DNA from: a virus
IMG/VR virus record: IMGVR_UViG_3300045988_080466
DNA: 64,000 bases
Strand: one strand, 5' to 3'
Of the stretch, positions 54,430 through 61,336 are shown piece after piece (position 1 is the first letter of the stretch; each line of letters starts with the position of its first letter). Made by a program: the position numbers and the translations under genes. The notes beneath the pieces are model-generated. The model had not been told where the DNA came from and did not search any database. It worked only from the letters and a program-made list of their open reading frames with translations.

Positions 54430-54488
54430 AGATGTCCTTTTTGTATATTCAGTAAATAATATTAAATATTGCTGCAAGACATCTTTAA
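54430..54488 (-). ncRNA. tRNA-leader hairpin family, copy 7
   Basis: TTAAAGATGTC-TTGCAGCAATA...GACATCT, 6 nt before tRNA-Trp. Confidence 0.6.
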
Positions 54489-54510
54489 AAATAATAAAAA
54501 TGAACAAATG

Positions 54511-54594
54511 TGGGCCCGGCAGGACTCGAACCTGCAGTCCAATTAAGGAGGGGATTTACAGTCCCCGCGGCTACCAATTACCGGTTACGTGCCC
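54511..54594 (-). tRNA. tRNA-Tyr (GUA), class II
   Basis: Stem GGGGA/TCCCC, loop CTGTAAA, variable arm TCC-TTAATT-GGA. Confidence 0.8.
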
Positions 54595-54601
54595 GAAAAA
54601 C

Positions 54602-54664
54602 AGATGTGCATTTACGATGTTAATATTTGGTAAACATTATAAGTTTGCTGTTGCACATCTTTGT
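54602..54664 (-). ncRNA. tRNA-leader hairpin family, copy 8
   Basis: ACAAAGATGTGCA-ACAGCAAAC...TGCACATCT, 7 nt before tRNA-Tyr. Confidence 0.6.
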
Positions 54665-54696
54665 AATCAATTAACAACTAAAAATCAACACAAAAG

Positions 54697-54769
54697 TCTG
54701 GGTAGCAGGATTCGAACCTGCGGTCTCTACATCCCAAATGTAGCGTGTTGCCAACTCCACCATACCCAG
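54697..54769 (-). tRNA. tRNA-Pro (UGG)
   Basis: C1:G72, loop TTTGGGA. Confidence 0.85.
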
Positions 54770-54773
54770 AAAT

Positions 54774-54791
54774 GGAGACTATTTTGTCTCC
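54774..54791 (-). terminator. hairpin at gene end / tRNA-Pro leader (weak terminator)
   Basis: GGAGAC-TATTTT-GTCTCC; weak U tract. Confidence 0.35.
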
Positions 54792-55408
54792 AAATATTTC
54801 ATTAAATCAAGAGATGAACTTCCTGCATACAATGCTCCAGCATTAATTGCATCTTTCAACTTCTCAATTACTACATCCACTGTTTGTCCTTTACAAGCCT
54901 TATAAATCACTGTCCTCTTCTTGGAAGTCATGAACTTCTTATAATTTGGAAACGTACTATTTACAACAGCCCAGAAACTTACCCATTCTGCTTCGTTTGT
55001 ATAATTGCAGGTAAGACCCGATTCCGCTTTAGAAATCTTCCTAGAACATTTAACAGCATTTTGCGCCTTCACTACCTTGTTTGCCTTTGCAACATTAGAT
55101 ATTATTTCCTTTTTCAATTCCTTTATTTCTCTTATATATAAATAGTTAGAGATAAAGGTCTTAAGTCCAGCTAAGTTAAATGTCAATATCTGTGGTCCTT
55201 CTTTCACTTGAACCAAATATACTGTCTTAGCATTTAAAGGATTTACTATTCTAATATCACAAGTGATTTTAGCTGCTTCTGGAAAATGGTCACTTATTCC
55301 TATTTTAAGCTTTCCAATGTTATAATAAACACTGTTAGTTGTTTTGGAATTTGTGACTTTATCCTTCTTGGTCATTAAAGACTCAAGATACTTACTTATA
55401 TACGACAT
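54779..55408 (-). CDS. hypothetical protein (209 aa)
   Basis: ORF. Confidence 0.55.
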   Translation of the reverse strand: MSYISKYLESLMTKKDKVTNSKTTNSVYYNIGKLKIGISDHFPEAAKITCDIRIVNPLNAKTVYLVQVKEGPQILTFNLAGLKTFISNYLYIREIKELKKEIISNVAKANKVVKAQNAVKCSRKISKAESGLTCNYTNEAEWVSFWAVVNSTFPNYKKFMTSKKRTVIYKACKGQTVDVVIEKLKDAINAGALYAGSSSLDLMKYLETK

Positions 55409-55635
55409 TAGTGTTGATATTTACGGATTCTACACTTGCAATCAGGGTCATGAACTACTCCCATAGTTCTTGTCTTAGCACTACCTGTGGTAAATGAAAT
55501 ATACGTATGACCACTGTATTCAAATTTCTCGACTCTTGTTGAATATGCCTGAACTTTAATGACAGAGTATCGTGGCTCAACTCTAGTACATCCAACTAAG
55601 GATATAATAACTAATAAGTAAATTACCTTTCTCAT
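55408..55635 (-). CDS. small lipoprotein
   Basis: Trimmed to ATG 55635: MRKVIYLLVIISLVGCTRV (lipobox). Confidence 0.6.
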   Translation of the reverse strand: MRKVIYLLVIISLVGCTRVEPRYSVIKVQAYSTRVEKFEYSGHTYISFTTGSAKTRTMGVVHDPDCKCRIRKYQH

Positions 55636-55636
55636 A

Positions 55637-55780
55637 CTAGGCCTTTTTTGGATAAAAAGATGCAACTATTGAGGATAAGAAAAGCCCTCCTGCCATACCA
55701 CAAAGGTAAGCACTAGGTTCCTTAAATAGGATTGAAGCCACAAGCATAATAAATCCCAACACTATTAATAATCCATTCAT
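55637..55780 (-). CDS. small membrane protein (47 aa)
   Basis: Below cutoff; MNGLLIVLGFIMLVASILFKEPSAYLCGMAGGLFLSSIVASFYPKKA. Confidence 0.4.
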   Translation of the reverse strand: MNGLLIVLGFIMLVASILFKEPSAYLCGMAGGLFLSSIVASFYPKKA

Positions 55781-55814
55781 AATATTAATCTTTAATTAAT
55801 AACTCATTTAATTG

Positions 55815-55891
55815 TGGGGAATGGCAGAATCGAACTGCCGCTATCGTCCTGGATTTTCAGTCCAGCGCTCTACCAACTGAGCTAATTCCCC
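55815..55891 (-). tRNA. tRNA-Phe (GAA) with 9-nt variable region
   Basis: Loop CTGAAAA; variable GACGATAGC instead of the usual 5 nt. Confidence 0.8.
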
Positions 55892-55978
55892 GTTTGCCTG
55901 CGAACCTCACAGTCTCTTTTTTAGTTCACAGGCTACTCTCTATCCTCCCGTATTCTGGGATTTGACACTATTGATTAC

Positions 55979-56077
55979 GGATTAGGTTCGTGCCTCTTCT
56001 TACCTTCCGGTACCTTCGAGAGCTTTCGTCCTTATTTATATAGTATAAGTTGTGTACTTGCTGTACCTAATCCTTGT
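55979..56077 (-). ncRNA. tRNA-leader hairpin family, copy 9
   Basis: ACAAGGATTAGGT-ACAGCAAGT...ACCTAATCC; 87 nt (with an extra 10-bp hairpin) upstream of tRNA-Phe, directly downstream of the TROVE/vWA gene. Confidence 0.55.
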
Positions 56078-56116
56078 TAGACATTACCTATCTACTTAAT
56101 CTTTACCTAACCGCTG

Positions 56117-57838
56117 TTAGAGAGTAAGCATATTCAGTAATTCTTGATTCATTGCTGCTTGGAACAATTCCAGAGCATTTTTCGGAATACTTTCAACAGG
56201 TGTTTTACCAGTAAGGAAGGCAATTCCAGCTGGGTCAAGACCACTCATATAGAAAGTATATGCGTCGTCACAGAGTGATTCAAACTTCGGACGAGGACTT
56301 GAGGAATAATATCCGTTAGGAATATCCCATAGAACCATAACGAAGTTATCAACGAACTCTTTAGAGAATCTCGTTCTCAATAGTTGACGGAACGCAGTAA
56401 ATACTGACTGATTACGTCCAACAGAGTTGAACTCACCATCAGAAATACAGATGATACCACTTGGGAAATCTTCTTCTGCATATCCCTTATCTCTAAGAGA
56501 TACAAGAAGTTGTGCAACTGACATTAAATTGGTTCCACAATAACCGCCACCATGAAACTTAGTGAATTTTTCATAAGGAGTATCTCCCCTCCACTCTTTC
56601 ATTAGGCATGTATTTGAGAACTCAAGTACAGTATTTGCAAATTTCCCTTCCAGTAAGTATGACAGATACAGAGCAATGGATTTTGCTACATGATATGCAC
56701 TTACTTCAAGTCCGGCAGCCTTGGAAGTCATAGAACCAGATGTGTCAAGAACAGCGATAAGATTAGTCTTGCGATTCATATCTTGTTTAGCTGTTTCGAT
56801 AAGAGACATAAACTGCTTATTAACAGTGTCTATCTGGTAAGGTTTCAGAGCTGTTTTTCTTCCATTATAACAATCGTTATCAGGGAACAGTTCATACACA
56901 AATCCAGTGAACTTAGCCACTGGTTTCGCTGTAAGCCATTCCTCATAAGCCTGTGTCAAGTTGTGGTTTTCTAAGAACTTACCTTTAGCAAGTAATGCAA
57001 GTGCTCTACCAGCAATCGAATCGAAATCAAGATTTTTGTAGTCTTGACGGCTAATTGCCTGCTGCCATTTGTGGGCATTGCCTGATGCTTTAATTTCACG
57101 ATACATTTTATATGCACGCCACTTACCTCCTTCACCTTCTCCCAAGTCGAATATTTCTTTAACGATTTTCTTTGCAATAAAGTTATTGCATTGAGAACGC
57201 AAAGAAGTACACTTCTTGCTTGGCTTTATCTGTGGAAGATACTTTCTCACCAAGTTAGTTTGGCTATCATCAGCCAATCCACCGACAATAAACCTGATGA
57301 TGTATTTCCAATCAAGAACTTTATTGACTGCACCATGATATTCAAGGTCAAGCCTTAGAATTTCAAAGACATCATCCCACGAACCTGCTGTAACAAACAC
57401 AGGTAAGTTCTTTTTGAAGATTTTTGGGTGATTGATGGCAAGCCAAATCATTCTCATGAAGAACTCGGATTTAAGTCCTTGTCCTCTTTGAACACCCAAT
57501 TTCTTGCCAGTAAACAGTTTCGGATTACGAGTAATCAAACGAATGTACACTGCTTCTTTAATAGCTGTCAATGGGTCTACTGCCCAAAGCCTTTCCATAG
57601 TCTGGGAAACCTCAGCAAACTCTCTGGGTTTTCTGTAATTACCAATGGCTGCGAAGTCATCGATAAATACATTACCTGACGTATCATACTTCAAACTTCC
57701 GTTACCGGATAAAGTTTGATGTTCCATCTTATATGCTTCTCTCTGGAAGATATTTTCAAACTTGGGAGCTTGTACTCCCGAACCTTTAGTAACTTTAGGA
57801 GTTACTTCATAAAGCGATGTTCTTTTTCTGTCAAACAT
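56117..57838 (-). CDS. Ro60-like TROVE + von Willebrand A domain protein (DUF2828-type)
   Basis: N-terminal TLSGNGSLKYDTSGNVFIDDFAAIGNYR then helical repeats; C-terminal vWA with MIDAS VLDTSGSMTS and ICISDGEFN; same order as Ro60/Rsr. Confidence 0.6.
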   Translation of the reverse strand: MFDRKRTSLYEVTPKVTKGSGVQAPKFENIFQREAYKMEHQTLSGNGSLKYDTSGNVFIDDFAAIGNYRKPREFAEVSQTMERLWAVDPLTAIKEAVYIRLITRNPKLFTGKKLGVQRGQGLKSEFFMRMIWLAINHPKIFKKNLPVFVTAGSWDDVFEILRLDLEYHGAVNKVLDWKYIIRFIVGGLADDSQTNLVRKYLPQIKPSKKCTSLRSQCNNFIAKKIVKEIFDLGEGEGGKWRAYKMYREIKASGNAHKWQQAISRQDYKNLDFDSIAGRALALLAKGKFLENHNLTQAYEEWLTAKPVAKFTGFVYELFPDNDCYNGRKTALKPYQIDTVNKQFMSLIETAKQDMNRKTNLIAVLDTSGSMTSKAAGLEVSAYHVAKSIALYLSYLLEGKFANTVLEFSNTCLMKEWRGDTPYEKFTKFHGGGYCGTNLMSVAQLLVSLRDKGYAEEDFPSGIICISDGEFNSVGRNQSVFTAFRQLLRTRFSKEFVDNFVMVLWDIPNGYYSSSPRPKFESLCDDAYTFYMSGLDPAGIAFLTGKTPVESIPKNALELFQAAMNQELLNMLTL

Positions 57839-57866
57839 ATTCAGGTTATTAATTCGTTATTACTTG

Positions 57867-57952
57867 TAGCTCCAGTGAGACTCGAACTCACACGTCCATT
57901 TCTGGACATCAGGGCTTAAACCTGACGCGTCTACCAATTCCGCCATAGAGCC
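57867..57952 (-). tRNA. tRNA-Leu (UAA), class II
   Basis: Loop TTTAAGC, variable arm GTCCA-GAAA-TGGAC. Confidence 0.85.
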
Positions 57953-57963
57953 ATCCTTGTTAT

Positions 57964-58095
57964 TTAGAAGCCATCTTCATCAATATCGTCGTTGTAAATG
58001 TAGTCAATCATTGCACCAGCAAGAATAAACATTCCGAATAAAACGAATAAGAATAAAATGAAGATTATGATTACTCCCAGTATAAATTCTATCAT
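57964..58095 (-). CDS. small membrane protein (43 aa)
   Basis: Below cutoff; MIEFILGVIIIFILFLFVLFGMFILAGAMIDYIYNDDIDEDGF; consensus promoter upstream. Confidence 0.45.
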   Translation of the reverse strand: MIEFILGVIIIFILFLFVLFGMFILAGAMIDYIYNDDIDEDGF

Positions 58096-58120
58096 ACTTT
58101 TCCTTTTTGATTAAGTGATG

Positions 58121-58151
58121 CAAAGATACTACAAAAAATTGAGCTTACAAA
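58121..58151 (-). promoter_or_regulatory. Bacteroidota-type promoter
   Basis: Minus-sense TTTG (58148-51), N19, TATCTTTG (58121-28). Confidence 0.75.
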
Positions 58152-58439
58152 CCTTTATTAGTTAAAATTTGTAAATTCAATCTTTAAATATCTTGGTTGA
58201 TAGCCAACATATAAAAGTAAATCCAGCAGCAATGGCTGCCATACACAAAGTTCCCTGAAGAAGGTAAATTATGAAATCCATACTAAACTCCTTTCTTCCA
58301 TTTAACATACAAGATAGCCAATCCATATATAATTGGAAAGGCTATCATACCATAAAGAAATTCCATTAATTCGGTGTACTAAAGATGAAACACAGAATCA
58401 ATACCACGCATAATGCTATTAATACACCATTCATAATAA

Positions 58440-58790
58440 TTACATTTGGGCGATTTGAGATTTCATGCAGATGTTCGGAGTGCTGAAAACTGCATATGCC
58501 TGCACATCGCCAATTCCTACCATTTTGACCTTTACGTGGCCGGAATCAACAACAATAGGTGTAACATCGTCACCATATTGGTCAGTGTCAAGTACTACAG
58601 CGACAACCCCAAGTTCAGAAGAGATGTGGCTACAAATATCAGAAAGAACTTCCGGGAACTCATTGTTCACCAGAATACACTCAAGCATTTCGTTGTGTGA
58701 TATAACAGCCACTACTGGAGAATCGTTGTTCATTTCAATTGCCAGTTTATTTTCACCTTCTTGTACTTTTGCAAATTCTAATTTCTTCAT
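58440..58790 (-). CDS. hypothetical protein (116 aa)
   Basis: ORF. Confidence 0.5.
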   Translation of the reverse strand: MKKLEFAKVQEGENKLAIEMNNDSPVVAVISHNEMLECILVNNEFPEVLSDICSHISSELGVVAVVLDTDQYGDDVTPIVVDSGHVKVKMVGIGDVQAYAVFSTPNICMKSQIAQM

Positions 58791-58808
58791 CTTTATATGA
58801 TTTTATGA

Positions 58809-58964
58809 TTAATAAATGTCGTTTTCAAGTTGTGCTGATACACATACTTGTTCCATATCATAGTCAGGATTTTTCTGAGCTATTTCAATGGCTGATTTTA
58901 CTACTTCGTTGAGACAGCCGTGTTCTTGAGCATTCTCTAACATTCGTTCAATGATTCCGTTCAT
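58809..58964 (-). CDS. small hypothetical protein (51 aa)
   Basis: Below cutoff; MNGIIERMLENAQEHGCLNEVVKSAIEIAQKNPDYDMEQVCVSAQLENDIY; ATGA coupling. Confidence 0.35.
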   Translation of the reverse strand: MNGIIERMLENAQEHGCLNEVVKSAIEIAQKNPDYDMEQVCVSAQLENDIY

Positions 58965-59212
58965 AGTTCAATAAGTGTTCCTTTTTGTAAGATTTTAACT
59001 TTATTGGAATAACACACAGCAGATATAGGAGCAGCAAAAAGAGTAGTATATGCTTTACCGCTTGGCTTTCCTATAGGAATAATAGCATCCTGATATCTCT
59101 GTATAACGTCACCTGGACTTAAATCTCGGTTATGCCAATTGAGGATTTCTGCCACATCTCCATCTCGCATATCTGCAAGACAAGATAACTGAGAATTTGA
59201 TACTTTAGCCAT
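58961..59212 (-). CDS. hypothetical protein (83 aa)
   Basis: ORF. Confidence 0.5.
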   Translation of the reverse strand: MAKVSNSQLSCLADMRDGDVAEILNWHNRDLSPGDVIQRYQDAIIPIGKPSGKAYTTLFAAPISAVCYSNKVKILQKGTLIEL

Positions 59213-59777
59213 TTAATTTACACTGTTTAATGATTTCTTTAGTTATAACTCCACCATTTTCTCTGGATAAAGCGTCAAGCATATCAAGGTCAAACTCCTC
59301 TTTTTGGAATTTGAATTGAATCCATGTCGGCTCACTTTGTCTGTAATCTAAGAATGTTTTACATTCTGTAGTTCCAAGAACTTCATGTACCATGGCAAGA
59401 ATACGTTCACCTGCCTTCTTAGTTCTTACAAATCCAGATAAATCATATCCAACACCTCTAGAACTCCAATATTCTCCTTCTTCAGGACGTTCATCCTTAG
59501 GCATCCAATGCCAACTTGGAATACCAGCTCTTGGATGTGGAATACGGATTGCTTGCTCCATTACATATTCAGAACGAGGATTCTCCGGGTCTTCTGGATA
59601 GCCTGCATACTCACAAATCATAGAAACCTGTGGAGCTCTTAATTCAAAGTGTAAGCCACAATGTCTACAAGTTGCAGAGGATAATCCTCCACCAGATGCA
59701 CAACTCCCTTTAGCAGAATCACATCCACAATTTGGGCAACCGAACTGTTTAAAATCAGAATATAGTATTGATAACAT
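59205..59777 (-). CDS. hypothetical protein with N-terminal zinc-ribbon (190 aa)
   Basis: CPNCGC...CRHCG. Confidence 0.55.
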   Translation of the reverse strand: MLSILYSDFKQFGCPNCGCDSAKGSCASGGGLSSATCRHCGLHFELRAPQVSMICEYAGYPEDPENPRSEYVMEQAIRIPHPRAGIPSWHWMPKDERPEEGEYWSSRGVGYDLSGFVRTKKAGERILAMVHEVLGTTECKTFLDYRQSEPTWIQFKFQKEEFDLDMLDALSRENGGVITKEIIKQCKLNG

Positions 59778-60077
59778 TTAGTAATTGGATTTAAATACAA
59801 CTTCTTTAAAGCACACAAATGATTTTCCATCTTCTTCGATAATACAATCGTTCTCTTCTAAGAACTTAGTAATAAAGAATGTAGGAATGTCATAGTTATC
59901 AGTCACAAACATATCACGCTCTTTATCATAATGATAGCGTTCATGTCTTTCAAGCCGAGTAGGATTTCCATTAAGGGTAATTTCACCAGACAAAGGATTA
60001 TCTTCATCTGGTTTAATTCCCTTTATATAGATTGAGTACTTGGCATCCGGCAAATAAACTTGCTGAATTACACTCAC
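59778..60077 (-). CDS. hypothetical protein (99 aa), GTG start
   Basis: ORF. Confidence 0.45.
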   Translation of the reverse strand: MSVIQQVYLPDAKYSIYIKGIKPDEDNPLSGEITLNGNPTRLERHERYHYDKERDMFVTDNYDIPTFFITKFLEENDCIIEEDGKSFVCFKEVVFKSNY

Positions 60078-60521
60078 TTACACTTCCTCCCAAGTAATGG
60101 TTACAACTTTCTTCAGGATTCTGTAGTCTCCAGTCTGCTTAAGGATGGCGATTGCTGATTCAACCAAATCATTTTCATTCATGATTTCTGGCTGATTGTT
60201 CTCTGGCTGATTATCTCCAACGACAGTTTCCTTTGGCTTCGCTTTCTTCTTGGAATTGGATTCAGCGGCAGCCTTCCTGTATTCTTTGAGGTAACTTTCA
60301 ACACGACCAATGTAGATTGGTTCAGATGGCAGAGAATAAGTTCCATACTTTTCTTTGTTAATCAATCCAAACTTCACAGCAATGGTGAAATAGGTTGGAA
60401 GACCCGGAACAATTCCTTTCAACAGTTCCAACACTTCTTTTTTTGAAAGGTCGCAGTTACAATTGTTGTCTCTTACTACATTGAGGTTTTTACAAACTTC
60501 TCTTGAATCATTTTTTCTCAT
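60078..60521 (-). CDS. hypothetical protein (147 aa)
   Basis: ORF. Confidence 0.5.
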   Translation of the reverse strand: MRKNDSREVCKNLNVVRDNNCNCDLSKKEVLELLKGIVPGLPTYFTIAVKFGLINKEKYGTYSLPSEPIYIGRVESYLKEYRKAAAESNSKKKAKPKETVVGDNQPENNQPEIMNENDLVESAIAILKQTGDYRILKKVVTITWEEV

Positions 60522-60561
60522 AATCTTGAAATATTTAGTTAATAATTGATTTATTGAGTTT

Positions 60562-60729
60562 TTATAACCAAATCTCTTTAAATTCAGAGAATTGATGATG
60601 ATATCCCTCTGTGTATGGATATATAGAAATTACTCTTTCTCTAAACTCTTTTAAAGATTCATTGTCTCTGGACAGCATACATTCAGCACTTCTTCCATAT
60701 GACCATATTCTACAAATGTATTGTTTCAT
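60562..60729 (-). CDS. small hypothetical protein (55 aa)
   Basis: Below cutoff; MKQYICRIWSYGRSAECMLSRDNESLKEFRERVISIYPYTEGYHHQFSEFKEIWL. Confidence 0.35.
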   Translation of the reverse strand: MKQYICRIWSYGRSAECMLSRDNESLKEFRERVISIYPYTEGYHHQFSEFKEIWL

Positions 60730-60753
60730 CTTTTTAGGTATTTAAATTGATTG

Positions 60754-61328
60754 TGGACCTGGGCGGAGTCGAACCGCCGTCCAAACAAAGTCCAATAATA
60801 GAATTTTACGTGTGTCTTGATTTAATTATATCACCAGTTAAGTTCTGGGTGTAGATAGTTTTATTAGAAGAGCTAGATTCTTTACAAGTGGGCTCATCTA
60901 GCACCTTCCCACTTAACTAATTAGCAAACTACCAAACTTAAAGGTTCAGAAGCTGACGCTTCCAAACCTGGGCTGACCGAAGTCACTCTTCCACCACTCC
61001 ATTTACGTTGGAGAACGGATGATATTTAGAGATTCGTCACATCTCTTGGACCACATCTTCCATCTGCTTTACGACATAGGAGATTTCAGCTTTACTAACC
61101 TTTGGCTTTCAAGTTAAGTGGGCTGCCCTATATGCTTCTTCCCACACCTCTTCTGTTTCTAGGTCTCTCCAATTAACCCGACTTAGAGCTAAATTAATAG
61201 ATAAGCCAGCAGCTTAGGCTGCCATTCTGTAGTCGCTTCTTTCAGCATTTATTGTTTTCCTTTGTTTAAAGAGATTGCGCTCTACACGTTCTATTACCTT
61301 CTCTATGCTGTCAAAACCATACAGGCCC
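60754..61328 (-). ncRNA. ssrA: tmRNA (transfer-messenger RNA), about 575 nt
   Basis: 5' GGGCCTGTATGGTTTTGACAGC... pairs with 3' ...GGACGGCGGTTCGACTCCGCCCAGGTCCA, giving an acceptor stem with G3:U70 and a T-arm. Internal tag frame GCT GAA AGA AGC GAC TAC AGA ATG GCA GCC TAA (AERSDYRMAA), stop inside a GCAGC/GCTGC hairpin. Confidence 0.8.
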
Positions 61329-61336
61329 AAAAGTTT

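Noticed and set aside
54263-54805. 180-aa plus-strand ORF
   Set aside because: It runs straight through three minus-strand tRNA genes (Trp, Tyr, Pro) and two leader hairpins; it is an artefact of an ORF-free RNA region.
45269-56077. Nine repeated TTGCTG...TCTTTGT elements as a CRISPR array
   Set aside because: The conserved part is only about 20 nt and imperfect. Spacing is irregular (0.1 to 4 kb) with tRNAs and genes in between. Each unit is a self-complementary hairpin, and no cas genes are present.
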